Sequence record: OQ411014.1
Source of the DNA: Escherichia phage EJP2
Reading direction: 5' to 3' (one strand)
DNA length: 64,000 nt
This document shows positions 55,103-64,000 of this stretch, piece after piece (the stretch's first letter is position 1; every line of letters begins with the position of its first letter). Below the pieces are notes generated by a model, which ran no database searches, was not told the DNA's origin, and saw nothing but the letters and a program-made list of their open reading frames with translations. The position numbers were made by a program, and so were the translations under genes.

Positions 55103-56192
55103 CTTTGATGTTTTAGATTGTTTTTCTGTAGATGAAATTATTTATGAACCCAAATCACATAATTCAGTATCCCCAGGGCAATATGAAAAGAAAATAACAG
55201 AGTTATTTTCATTAAATGATCATAATGTTGTTTTTATCGGATTCAATATGAAAACCGCCAATGAATGGCAAGCGGGTGATACTAAAGTACATTTTAAACT
55301 CGTCAACAAATATTACGAGGATATTTTTTCTGATGTGACAATAGAAAAGATTATCAAAAAATTTAAGAAAAAAACCTACAAACCTAAACATAAAAAATTA
55401 ACAATGGAAATTATTGAATATCAGGCCAAGGCTGTATCTTACTTAAAAGGCCATCGGATTATATCATTTGGTCCATTTGATGGTGCACTCACTAAAATTG
55501 AGATGGAATGTCTAATGGATTCACATACGTGGTCTACCAGTTACAATTCATATGTGACAAATGACAAAGGTTGTGTTAAATGTGGAATTGTAGTGACCTC
55601 TGAGTTTCACCGGACAAATCACGATGATGTGAACTTGTTCTTAAAAGAAAATGGAGATATTAACAATTATGATTTATATGAAGAATTCATATATTCTAAT
55701 AATTTAACAATAATAAAAAGAATTTGCAAAATATGTAATCATGGTAAATGTGGAGAATGGAAAACGTCTTATGAATGCATTAAGAATCGTGATCATCAGT
55801 GTCCAGTATGTAAGACAACTGAAGCTCGGTGCATCAAACGTGATCTAGATCCGATTTTTAGTGGGTTCGGTGTGGTAGAATGTGAAAAAAAATATGATGA
55901 TTGTAGGATGATTAATCATTTACGCTACGACCGCTTCATCCCGAAACTCAACATGTTATTTGAATATGATGGAGAGCAACATTTCAATAAGAGGAACATT
56001 CGTTGGCATGGTGAAAGTGGTGAAAAACGTGATCAAATAAAAACAGAGTTCGCAATCAACAACGGTTACAACTTCATTAGGATTGCATACTATGAAGACC
56101 ACGTTGCAGTACTGGAATCTTTCCTTAAACTCATAGAAGAGAACCCAGGAAAGCAAATCGTACAGATCTATGGTGATGTGAAAATTATCTAA
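55095..56192 (+). CDS. PD-(D/E)xK nuclease-like protein (Vsr/DUF559-like), possible homing endonuclease
   Basis: ORF track; C-terminal FEYDGEQHF..RDQIKTEFAINNGYNFIRI resembles E-x-DG-x-x-H..RD..GW-x-x-R nuclease core; Cys-rich middle; markedly AT-rich. Confidence 0.5.
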   Translation: MCNFDVLDCFSVDEIIYEPKSHNSVSPGQYEKKITELFSLNDHNVVFIGFNMKTANEWQAGDTKVHFKLVNKYYEDIFSDVTIEKIIKKFKKKTYKPKHKKLTMEIIEYQAKAVSYLKGHRIISFGPFDGALTKIEMECLMDSHTWSTSYNSYVTNDKGCVKCGIVVTSEFHRTNHDDVNLFLKENGDINNYDLYEEFIYSNNLTIIKRICKICNHGKCGEWKTSYECIKNRDHQCPVCKTTEARCIKRDLDPIFSGFGVVECEKKYDDCRMINHLRYDRFIPKLNMLFEYDGEQHFNKRNIRWHGESGEKRDQIKTEFAINNGYNFIRIAYYEDHVAVLESFLKLIEENPGKQIVQIYGDVKII

Positions 56193-56201
56193 AATAAAAG
56201 G

Positions 56202-56230
56202 TTGACTTCGGTCAGCCTTTTTGCTATTAT
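56202..56230 (+). promoter_or_regulatory. terminator-promoter module (GGTTGACTTCGGTCAGCC, TATTAT)
   Basis: -35 in hairpin, 17 nt spacer. Confidence 0.55.
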
Positions 56231-56366
56231 ATCAGTACTATCAATGTGAAAGAGTTCGATAAACATCTGAAGAAGAATGGCTTCGATACGAACAACTTTG
56301 CTATCAGTAGTATTACTGAAATCATGATTCAATACAACATTATTGTAGATACATTACGAGGGTAAA

Positions 56367-56633
56367 ATGAAACCAATCACAACAACACAGAGTACTAACC
56401 TAACGGTTTTACATGATGGTTTAAAAGGTACAGTACGTGATCTTCTGAACTTCATTGATAGTATTCAAGGTGATACCGGATACTGCATTTATACTACTAT
56501 CATTCCTGGTGGTACAGAACTGTACTTCACCAATATGGAAGTATCGGAATCGGGTGAAACTGATGATTCATTCCAAGAAGCCATCCAACAATTTCAGGAA
56601 TCCTTAGAGGATTTAGGTTTTACGGTACAATGA
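56367..56633 (+). CDS. hypothetical protein (88 aa)
   Basis: ORF track; GAGGG RBS. Confidence 0.5.
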   Translation: MKPITTTQSTNLTVLHDGLKGTVRDLLNFIDSIQGDTGYCIYTTIIPGGTELYFTNMEVSESGETDDSFQEAIQQFQESLEDLGFTVQ

Positions 56634-56640
56634 CGAAAAA

Positions 56641-56698
56641 AAGGTTGACTTCGGTCAGCCTTTTTCGTATTATGTACTCATCGAAACGAAGGAGATTA
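56641..56698 (+). repeat. repeated promoter-leader cassette, copy 2
   Basis: AAGGTTGACTTCGGTCAGCCTTTTTCGTATTATGTACTCATCGAAACGAAGGAGAT. Confidence 0.6.
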
Positions 56699-56700
56699 TT

Positions 56701-56832
56701 ATGTATATTTTAATAGTGGAGTACTGCTTCTATACTCTATGGATTTACTTAGGTTGTCGATATGGCTTACCTTTATTTGGTAAGTACTTCTTAGATTCTG
56801 GTTCAGACAAATATGGCGAGAGAAATGACTAA
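56701..56832 (+). CDS. small hydrophobic protein (43 aa)
   Basis: ATG directly downstream of cassette RBS; uninterrupted frame found by hand. Confidence 0.35.
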   Translation: MYILIVEYCFYTLWIYLGCRYGLPLFGKYFLDSGSDKYGERND

Positions 56833-56936
56833 AGGAATGCAGAAGTTAAACTGTTCGTGAAAACTCAAGACTGGCCTGAAGTTGTACAGCAAGTAATATG
56901 TTCATTCACTAAGACTGAACTAATATAAGAAAAAAT

Positions 56937-56990
56937 GGTTGACTTCGGTCAGCCTTTTTCGTATTATGTACTCATCGAAACGAAACGTAC
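56937..56990 (+). repeat. repeated promoter-leader cassette, copy 3
   Basis: Same cassette; explains identical spurious N-terminus MTSVSLFRIMYSSKR of track ORFs 54806 and 56939. Confidence 0.6.
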
Positions 56991-57004
56991 TAAGGATTAA
57001 GAAA

Positions 57005-57775
57005 ATGAACCGCACAGAAAAAGCAATGCAAATCGAAAAGAACTTCAACTCCATGATGGCTGCTCTTGAATGTCTTCTGGATACCCAAGCTAACTCAATC
57101 AACTCTCTGATTGTTTCTGGTAAAGGTGGTGTTGGTAAAACTTATAACGTAGACAAACGTCTGCAACAAGCAGATAACAACTACGAAATCGACTACAAAA
57201 AGATTTCTGGTAAAGTAACTACTATGGGTCTGTACGAAGCACTGTATCACTCTCGCCACGCTGCTTCAGTACTGTTACTCGATGACGTTGATATCTTCGG
57301 TGACGAAACTAATATCGACCTCCTTAAAGCAGTACTGGATACTTCCGATAAGCGTGTTGTTTCTTATGCAACTTCCGGTAAGCACTTGGACGCGATGGGT
57401 ATTCCTAAGCAGTTCGAGTTCCGTGGTAAAGTGATCTTCCTGACGAACAAAAACCTGTCACAGATTGCTAAAGGTAAAAGCAGTTTAGCACCACACATCG
57501 ATGCTCTGATTACTCGTAGTATCTTCGTGGACCTGCAACTGTTCAGCAACGAAGAAGTAATGATTCACATCGAAAACGTTATGTCCAAAACTAACATTCT
57601 GGAAAACCAGTTCGTTAGTCCAGAAGGTGCAGGTCACATTCTGAACTTCATGCTCAAGAATGAAGATCGTCTGCGTAGTCCTTCTCTGCGTATGCCAGTA
57701 CTGATCGCTGGCTTGTATAATAAGTTCCCGTTTGATTGGGAATCAATGGCTGAAAACATGTTCCTGGAGAAATAA
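57005..57775 (+). CDS. P-loop ATPase with deviant Walker A (ParA/MinD-like)
   Basis: ORF track 56939..57775 trimmed to ATG after TAAGGA RBS; Walker A SGKGGVGKT, Walker B-like VLLLDDVD; host-optimal codon usage. Confidence 0.6.
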   Translation: MNRTEKAMQIEKNFNSMMAALECLLDTQANSINSLIVSGKGGVGKTYNVDKRLQQADNNYEIDYKKISGKVTTMGLYEALYHSRHAASVLLLDDVDIFGDETNIDLLKAVLDTSDKRVVSYATSGKHLDAMGIPKQFEFRGKVIFLTNKNLSQIAKGKSSLAPHIDALITRSIFVDLQLFSNEEVMIHIENVMSKTNILENQFVSPEGAGHILNFMLKNEDRLRSPSLRMPVLIAGLYNKFPFDWESMAENMFLEK

Positions 57776-57776
57776 T

Positions 57777-58154
57777 ATGCAAATGTTCTTGACACCTTTT
57801 GGTTCAATCTGTTTAGTACTGGAAACTTTCCTATCTGTTGCAGTACTATGTATGCTGATTGGGAAGTTCTTTAATGCTCGCCCATTCAATAAGTACTATG
57901 ATGCAATTTATGATCAAAGTGAAAGTGAAGGCGTAGCTATCTTTCAATTGCTGGTGGCTATCGTAATCGCTACTATCCTTGCATGGATTGGTATCATCGG
58001 GGAATTCGAACTCCTAACAGAATTTTCAGTTGTAGCAGCTTCTGTGTGTACTGCCTTTACAATTCTGTACTTTACAATCTGTGCAGTGGATGCTATTATT
58101 CCTTATATCAAAAACGTGCACCACAAAATCGTAAAGAAAACCAACGGGGAATAA
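57777..58154 (+). CDS. multi-pass membrane protein, tandem family member 1
   Basis: ORF track 57732..58154 trimmed to ATG after GGAGA RBS; C-terminus HHKIVKK. Confidence 0.5.
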   Translation: MQMFLTPFGSICLVLETFLSVAVLCMLIGKFFNARPFNKYYDAIYDQSESEGVAIFQLLVAIVIATILAWIGIIGEFELLTEFSVVAASVCTAFTILYFTICAVDAIIPYIKNVHHKIVKKTNGE

Positions 58155-58155
58155 A

Positions 58156-58284
58156 ATGAAACCTGAGCAGTGGATTATTGATGACATGCGTTCTATGCGA
58201 GCAATTAAAGAACGCACATACGTACAAGAACAATATCTCGAACTCTTGATGTGGTACGTAAAAGTACTGAACTCTAAGGAATAA
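58156..58284 (+). CDS. small hypothetical protein (42 aa)
   Basis: Uninterrupted frame found by hand; GGGGA RBS. Confidence 0.35.
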   Translation: MKPEQWIIDDMRSMRAIKERTYVQEQYLELLMWYVKVLNSKE

Positions 58285-58286
58285 TT

Positions 58287-58634
58287 ATGTCTGCATATAC
58301 TATGATTACATGTTCTAATCTTGTTAGTATTGCGTACTTTATGTACGTCGCACTTATGGTTGTATGTTGGTACTTTCGCTTGTCAAAGGTTTATTGTGCA
58401 ATTGTCCCAAGTTCTGAATTTGGGATGTTCTTTATAAAATTCATGTTCATTGTTACATCAGTAACGAACTTCCTACAACTTATGGACTCCTTCTTCCCAG
58501 GTACTGGTGAGCCAGTAGCGTTTGCATTCTATATGAACGTTGCAATTGCCGGAGCTTTATTAGGTTGGTTCTTACTGTGTAAAGTAGTGAATTACCTTTT
58601 GTACATCCGAGCAGAACATATTCCACGGAGATAA
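58287..58634 (+). CDS. multi-pass membrane protein, tandem family member 2
   Basis: ORF track; TAAGGAA RBS. Confidence 0.5.
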   Translation: MSAYTMITCSNLVSIAYFMYVALMVVCWYFRLSKVYCAIVPSSEFGMFFIKFMFIVTSVTNFLQLMDSFFPGTGEPVAFAFYMNVAIAGALLGWFLLCKVVNYLLYIRAEHIPRR

Positions 58635-58637
58635 TAA

Positions 58638-58985
58638 ATGAATTCGTTCTTTTCTTCATTAGCAGCATTAGCAACAGAAAACACACTATACACCATCTTC
58701 ATTTGTACTCTATCATTATGTTATGGTGCAATGTGGTTCACTAATCATCGCTGGTTCCATGTTATTGATAAGAAGTTCGGTATAGTAGTATTTGCAATAC
58801 ATTTAGCAACACTAGTAGCAGTACTGACGTGGGTGATTGATACTCTAGCTCCAGGAAAGCCCGTTGGGATGGTTATCAACTTCATGTATTGGGTTGTGAT
58901 GGGTGTATTTGTTGGTGGTGTATTCATCTTTGAATATATGTCAAAGATTCGTAAAAAATATTTTATTGATAAAGGAAACTACTAA
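58638..58985 (+). CDS. multi-pass membrane protein, tandem family member 3
   Basis: ORF track. Confidence 0.5.
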   Translation: MNSFFSSLAALATENTLYTIFICTLSLCYGAMWFTNHRWFHVIDKKFGIVVFAIHLATLVAVLTWVIDTLAPGKPVGMVINFMYWVVMGVFVGGVFIFEYMSKIRKKYFIDKGNY

Positions 58986-59323
58986 TGTTTTATTTCTGTT
59001 CAGCAGTAATGCTATTGTGGATCTTCACATGGGTTAGTTGGATCTTCTGTCTAGATATCGCCAAATGGTTCGACAAACAACTCAAATACACTACATATGA
59101 CTTTGATGGTAAGATCTTTATCATAATCGTTTCGGTTTTTGCTGTCATCGCTGAAGTTCTTGCGTGTCTTGGTATCTTTGTGATGCACGGTAAGGACTCA
59201 ACGGTACTATTGGTAATTGCTACACTAATTACTAGTACTACCTTGATATCTTATGTAGTTTCGTTTATAATCTTTTGTGTCGTCCCCTGGAGGGATAAAC
59301 TAGCACGTAAGAAAGGATATTAG
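58985..59323 (+). CDS. multi-pass membrane protein, tandem family member 4
   Basis: ORF track. Confidence 0.5.
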   Translation: MFYFCSAVMLLWIFTWVSWIFCLDIAKWFDKQLKYTTYDFDGKIFIIIVSVFAVIAEVLACLGIFVMHGKDSTVLLVIATLITSTTLISYVVSFIIFCVVPWRDKLARKKGY

Positions 59324-59324
59324 T

Positions 59325-59681
59325 ATGGAATCATTATCACCGTTCGGGTTAGGTATTTGGTACATGAACGTAGTCATTTCAGTACTGATAGTGTTGTTGT
59401 TCGTACTGAAGTTCTTCCATGTATCACCGTTTTATAAGTTCTATGACTCAATGATAGAAACTGCTGTTATTGTTCCTATTCTGTCTGTGGTATATGTAAT
59501 ATGCACATTGATTCTAGTGCCATCAAATATCAATACGTTCTGGACTATTTTTGGGATGATGATCCCAACGTTGTATGATATTTGTTTAGTAGTTTTCTTA
59601 TTCATTTTAGGACTACTCGGTGCATATCAAGGCTTAGAGAATCTTCACAAGAAAATCGTTGATAAAAAGGTAAATCGATAA
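59325..59681 (+). CDS. multi-pass membrane protein, tandem family member 5
   Basis: ORF track; C-terminus LHKKIVDKK parallels member 1. Confidence 0.5.
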   Translation: MESLSPFGLGIWYMNVVISVLIVLLFVLKFFHVSPFYKFYDSMIETAVIVPILSVVYVICTLILVPSNINTFWTIFGMMIPTLYDICLVVFLFILGLLGAYQGLENLHKKIVDKKVNR

Positions 59682-60019
59682 TGAATATTTCACCTGACTT
59701 CATCGTACTAGTGAACTGCATGAGTATCTTTGTATGTGCATGTTCACTGTTCCTTGCTGTTATCTGGTTCTTTGACACTCCATTATGGAACCATTTTACC
59801 AGTACTGATGGATGTACCTTCATTGTTATTCCAGTGCAATTGTTCCTTACTGTTCTAGTACTTACAGGTCAGTACGCAACAACTGGTGGTAATATGAAGC
59901 CATACGAAATATTATTCCTAGGTATTCTTCTCGGAATGGCAGTAAACATCGGTTCAGTACTAGTAGCTTTAGTAATGTACTGGAGAACAAAGATGCTAGA
60001 ACGTCGTGATAGACGATAA
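59681..60019 (+). CDS. multi-pass membrane protein, tandem family member 6
   Basis: ORF track. Confidence 0.5.
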   Translation: MNISPDFIVLVNCMSIFVCACSLFLAVIWFFDTPLWNHFTSTDGCTFIVIPVQLFLTVLVLTGQYATTGGNMKPYEILFLGILLGMAVNIGSVLVALVMYWRTKMLERRDRR

Positions 60020-60174
60020 AAAATAGTTTCAAATAACCCAGTCCTAATGGCTGGGTTTTGCTCTTGAATGTATTAAATACATTTTTAGACAATATCTTTC
60101 TTGTCTAATGCTTAAAAAAACAAGAGGAAATAAATGATAAATTTTGACTTCTATTTGATTGTTGAGGACTGTAT

Positions 60175-60477
60175 ATGCTAATTTATATATTGACCTCGAT
60201 TGTTGTGTATTATCACGTATGTATACTATTAGGTACTTCGCTGTTGTTGCTAGACTATGCTTTGGATGTAAACTATCTCGAAGGTTATAGATGGATTGCG
60301 GACGAGCCTCTCTTTATAATGTTGTGGTTCGTTGAGATCCCAATGATTATAGGATATGCATTGTCTTTCTACATGAACAGTACTTTAATATTAAGCATCT
60401 TATGGGTTAGTACTTTCATAGTACTAATAACTATCTTATTAACGTTAATTGGATATTATATACATAAAAATGTATAA
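60175..60477 (+). CDS. multi-pass membrane protein (100 aa)
   Basis: ORF track; GAGGA RBS. Confidence 0.5.
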   Translation: MLIYILTSIVVYYHVCILLGTSLLLLDYALDVNYLEGYRWIADEPLFIMLWFVEIPMIIGYALSFYMNSTLILSILWVSTFIVLITILLTLIGYYIHKNV

Positions 60478-60481
60478 CATA

Positions 60482-60508
60482 AAGCCCCTCAATCGAGGGG
60501 CTTTTTTT
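60482..60508 (+). terminator. rho-independent terminator
   Basis: AAAGCCCCTC-AATC-GAGGGGCTTTTTTT hairpin; TTGACA promoter immediately downstream. Confidence 0.6.
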
Positions 60509-60565
60509 ATTGACACAATCCCTTAGACTATGCTATGATGTATCAAATTCATTGGAGACGCAACG

Positions 60566-61243
60566 ATGCATAAGAAGACACAAAAGAAGAAATCCCGTAC
60601 ATTCAAACATTACTTACACAGTTTTAAGTTCTGGCGGTACAGGTCTAAGTTATATGAGAAGATGTATGATGTTGGGCGTGAACCTTGGCAGTACTATTCG
60701 ACTTACTCATTGGCAGTTCGAGAAAACGATTATGGCATTTCTAAGAAAGTACATAAGCTATTAGAAGCCTGTAATGTACGTTTGGACTATGCAGAAGTAC
60801 TACATGACTTTGTGTACATGTACATGGCAAAACCAAATGACCAAATGCACTACACAAGTGGTGAATTTATACACAGCAATACACAGTACGAATTCAATAT
60901 CATGGGGGATAAATCCTTTATGATCCGTGAGTACAATCGTGCTGATCCACAGGTGTATATTTCGTACAAGAAAGGTTCAGTAAAGGTAGAACTAAAGTAC
61001 GCATACAGTGCTAGACCTAAAAATAATGATGAGCTACAAGAAGCTCTCACTAAGCACGTACAATCTGAACTAACCGAAGCGGAGTTATTTCAGTACACAA
61101 TTATGTACGAACAGTTCGAGAGACTCATTTTCATGTTGAATCTGCTTAAACCTTTATGTATATTCAAAGATACTAAAGTAAATGCCTATTCGTTGTACAC
61201 ACTATTCAGTACTCACGAGACTTACAAAGGACAATTACAATGA
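60566..61243 (+). CDS. large FFQ-family paralog (225 aa)
   Basis: ORF track; GGAGA RBS; motif LTEAELFQYTIMYEQ. Confidence 0.6.
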   Translation: MHKKTQKKKSRTFKHYLHSFKFWRYRSKLYEKMYDVGREPWQYYSTYSLAVRENDYGISKKVHKLLEACNVRLDYAEVLHDFVYMYMAKPNDQMHYTSGEFIHSNTQYEFNIMGDKSFMIREYNRADPQVYISYKKGSVKVELKYAYSARPKNNDELQEALTKHVQSELTEAELFQYTIMYEQFERLIFMLNLLKPLCIFKDTKVNAYSLYTLFSTHETYKGQLQ

Positions 61244-61860
61244 AGCTAACAGCCTTACAGAAGCACTATCAACAAACGTTCAATTTCTACCGAACTCGAT
61301 ATCATCGCACACACGGAGCAACAATCTATCGCCCTCGTAGATTGGGACGTGTACGTAAAGGAGGTAAGTTCTTCAAAAAGATCTGTAACGAACTGAACAT
61401 CAAATGTCATGGACTGTACGGTTCTAATTCTAATGGCAAAGTAAACGTAAATGAAAACCTTCGCAGTGGTACACGTATTGATACGGTTGCTGGGAATATC
61501 TACACATCCGAAAGCCGGATGTATTTCCCTAAAGGTAAGTCCGAAGATTCTCGCTATGTATTGTGTTATGATTCTTGTGAGTCACCGCTTAGTATCGAAG
61601 ATATCATGGTACTTGATTATAAGTTCGAATACCAGGATGATTCGGTCACTAGTGAAGAACTAACCGACATCGTTCAGAAGCACCTAAAAGGTACTCTAAC
61701 GGAGGCAGAACTATTTGTAGCCCTACTATACCATGAAGAGGTAATGCAGCTTCTGGCTGGTGCTGAGATGCTTTATAAGCTATTTGGATACGTACACAAA
61801 GAGCAAGTATCACTCATTGACATTTATGTTTCAGTACTGAAGAGTGAGCAATCTAAATGA
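61240..61860 (+). CDS. large FFQ-family paralog (206 aa)
   Basis: ORF track; motif LTEAELFVALLYHEE. Confidence 0.6.
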   Translation: MKLTALQKHYQQTFNFYRTRYHRTHGATIYRPRRLGRVRKGGKFFKKICNELNIKCHGLYGSNSNGKVNVNENLRSGTRIDTVAGNIYTSESRMYFPKGKSEDSRYVLCYDSCESPLSIEDIMVLDYKFEYQDDSVTSEELTDIVQKHLKGTLTEAELFVALLYHEEVMQLLAGAEMLYKLFGYVHKEQVSLIDIYVSVLKSEQSK

Positions 61861-62531
61861 AGATGAACCGTTTTGGGAATCACTACAACAAGTACTTCAA
61901 ACATATGCACTACGTACAAGCAGAATCTACTACTTCTGCGTATGTATATAACCGTAATGCAACCAGACGGACTCATATGCGTAGGTCGTTTTCTGCTGTA
62001 CTGAAGAAGTTCATGCGAGCTAAAGGATTTATGTTCAAAAAAGATACACGGTCTGGATGGTCTTGGGAGAACCATAACACATCACCATCATCTGTGTATA
62101 ATATAGGTCTAACATATTTCAGTTTTATGATTGATGATATTCCTTGTTTGGTTTCGTATTATACATATCCATATACCTACAATGTCACTGTATATGTGAA
62201 TTATATATCAGTCGATGATGATGAAAAATTACTGAAACAAAACGTTATTCAAGTTGGTATATCAAATGAAGTATACGCCGCCCAGGATAAAGAGTTGGAG
62301 GATATTCTTAGGAAAAAGTTACCAAAGTACCATGAAGTACTGACGGATGAAAAGATGTTTCAGTACAGTACAATGATACCGAATGCAGATGTATATTGGA
62401 AAGCTAACAATATATATCATAATATTACACAAATGATAATGAGTAGTTATCATGAGAACATACATCACCCATACAATAAAAAGAATAAAACAATCATTCA
62501 TTTATTGAATTGTATCTTGAAGGAATTATAA
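61857..62531 (+). CDS. large FFQ-family paralog (224 aa)
   Basis: ORF track; motif LTDEKMFQYSTM. Confidence 0.6.
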   Translation: MKMNRFGNHYNKYFKHMHYVQAESTTSAYVYNRNATRRTHMRRSFSAVLKKFMRAKGFMFKKDTRSGWSWENHNTSPSSVYNIGLTYFSFMIDDIPCLVSYYTYPYTYNVTVYVNYISVDDDEKLLKQNVIQVGISNEVYAAQDKELEDILRKKLPKYHEVLTDEKMFQYSTMIPNADVYWKANNIYHNITQMIMSSYHENIHHPYNKKNKTIIHLLNCILKEL

Positions 62532-62537
62532 AAGAAA

Positions 62538-62566
62538 AATGCCAGTACATATTTTAGTACTGGCAT
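62538..62566. terminator. bidirectional rho-independent terminator
   Basis: AATGCCAGTAC-ATATTTTA-GTACTGGCATT hairpin between convergent genes. Confidence 0.55.
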
Positions 62567-62570
62567 TTTG

Positions 62571-63701
62571 TTAAAATGGTAAATCTATTTGTTTGGTAAT
62601 CGTCATACCTAAAGGTATTGAACACATTGACATATTTTTCCCATTTAGATTGGAAGGCGGCTGTCCGTTCATCCATATATTGGTATCGTCATAGAATGTA
62701 CTCCACCACGTAGAACCACCTTCTATGTGAATATTTTGATTAAAATCAGCGAATTGGCATTCTTGAAAAACTTCAAAAAACGGAATAGATGATAAACTAC
62801 TACTAGTAAATGGTGTATATCCTGTTGCCATTAACTTATTCGTATCTGAATTTACTAAAAAGATAACATTACCTGCATTGTATGGTACATATTTGGGATA
62901 TAAATTACTCATATCACCAATAGGGAAGTTAATATTAAATATTTTACTATGCGTACCCGTTCCTGAAAGTGTAGTACCAGTTACGTATATTTTATTATCA
63001 GTTGTACCCATAATAAACCCAATACCAAACCCAGAACAAAATGTAATGTCGTATGAAACATTATCAAATAGTTGAACAAACGTAGTTACATCACCTGCTG
63101 GACTTTGTATTTGTAAACTATTGTTTGCACCTGCTCCCCAAACAGTTCCGTTACTTTTCACTTTGAATAAAGTATCTCCTATATAGTGACCATATATGCT
63201 ATCAACTTCAGTATCAAGTTCTGTCCATTGTGACACAAAGTTTTTATGCCCTAAACCTAAACACCCATTACGATTAAGCCCTCTACCGTACAATGTACCA
63301 TCATTCATCAATACAAATACTGTATATCCACATAACATTTTTTTAATTTGTGTAACGTCGATACCATTAAAATACCCACTCCAATCTGCATAACCTTGTT
63401 GCATTGTCGAAGAATTTGTAAATGCTTGTGTTGGCCCTGAACCATATATTTTACCACCTTTAATAATGACTGAAAACGATCCCAACCACACATCTTGAAC
63501 ATCCTGAGCAATTGTTTTCAATTCACCATATGCAGTTAAGGGAGTACTTTGCCCTGAACTATATGTTGAATCTTCTCCGTGTGCATATAATGTTCCATCT
63601 TGTGTTAGAATCATTTCTAAGTAAACAGCACTTACACTTTTCTTTATTTTATTAACTTCTATTTTATTTCCGTACTTCAACATCCTTGCAAAAGGTAACA
63701 T
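62571..63701 (-). CDS. RCC1-like repeat (beta-propeller) protein (376 aa), paralog of 48861..50039
   Basis: ORF track; shared N-terminus MLPFARMLKYGNK vs MLPFVRMLNYGNK; motif GLNRNGCLGLG; GGAGA RBS on minus strand. Confidence 0.65.
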   Translation of the reverse strand: MLPFARMLKYGNKIEVNKIKKSVSAVYLEMILTQDGTLYAHGEDSTYSSGQSTPLTAYGELKTIAQDVQDVWLGSFSVIIKGGKIYGSGPTQAFTNSSTMQQGYADWSGYFNGIDVTQIKKMLCGYTVFVLMNDGTLYGRGLNRNGCLGLGHKNFVSQWTELDTEVDSIYGHYIGDTLFKVKSNGTVWGAGANNSLQIQSPAGDVTTFVQLFDNVSYDITFCSGFGIGFIMGTTDNKIYVTGTTLSGTGTHSKIFNINFPIGDMSNLYPKYVPYNAGNVIFLVNSDTNKLMATGYTPFTSSSLSSIPFFEVFQECQFADFNQNIHIEGGSTWWSTFYDDTNIWMNGQPPSNLNGKNMSMCSIPLGMTITKQIDLPF

Positions 63702-64000
63702 GATAATCTCCTATCGATCAAATTTAAAATCTGTTATGTGTGTCCAAACATGTGGTAATGGTGTACTCAATGGTGTAAATCCAGCAGGGTCTGACAAAGT
63801 ACTACCACATGCGTACATAAATTGATTACCAGTACAATCCATTATAGCATAAGAACGTGTAGCTGTACCACATTTGAATCCAACTGCACTGCTTGGTGTT
63901 GGTAATACTTCAAATGTTAGTGCATTTGATGAACCACCACCATCCTTTGTACCTGCGATGTATAGTACTCCATTATTATCAATGATTAAGTTGGTCCAAT
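63677..64000 (-). CDS. hypothetical protein, partial (5' end beyond window)
   Basis: Uninterrupted minus-strand frame from window edge to a stop ~25 nt inside the start of the 62571..63701 gene; G/T/S-rich like neighbours. Confidence 0.4.

Noticed and set aside
35477-56972. Possible CRISPR array formed by the recurring GGTTGACTTCGGTCAGCC hairpin
   Set aside because: Copies are separated by whole genes of variable length (hundreds to thousands of nt), not regular 30-40 nt spacers, and each carries promoter hexamers and a T-run.

Overview
This window reads as a densely packed early/accessory region of a tailed phage, probably a large virulent phage of a Gram-negative (enterobacterial-like) host, judged from AAGGAG-type ribosome-binding sites, sigma70-type promoters and E. 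coli-like optimal codons in a few genes. About 150 mostly small genes lie on the + strand, interrupted by three minus-strand genes (one Ig-like, two RCC1-like beta-propeller paralogs) and a partial fourth at the right edge. There are six tRNAs plus one tRNA-like element that lacks an anticodon arm, and several ORF-free regions rich in hairpins. Proteins I can recognise by motif are a DNA cytosine-5 methyltransferase, a sigma70-family factor, a PTH2-like peptidyl-tRNA hydrolase, two protein-kinase-like proteins, a Vsr/DUF559-like nuclease and a ParA/MinD-like ATPase. Three signals stand out as candidates for something undescribed: (1) the palindrome AGTACT, usually as CAGTACTG, is about ten-fold over-represented by my hand tally, in genes and in promoter spacers alike; (2) more than 20 paralogous proteins share a C-terminal motif close to [ST]-E-E-x-[FY]-F-Q-x-S; (3) a terminator hairpin that contains the promoter -35 box recurs at least 12 times. 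Everything here is from reading the sequence by eye: no database search was run, counts are approximate, and coordinates of features not anchored to the ORF track may be off by 1-2 nt.
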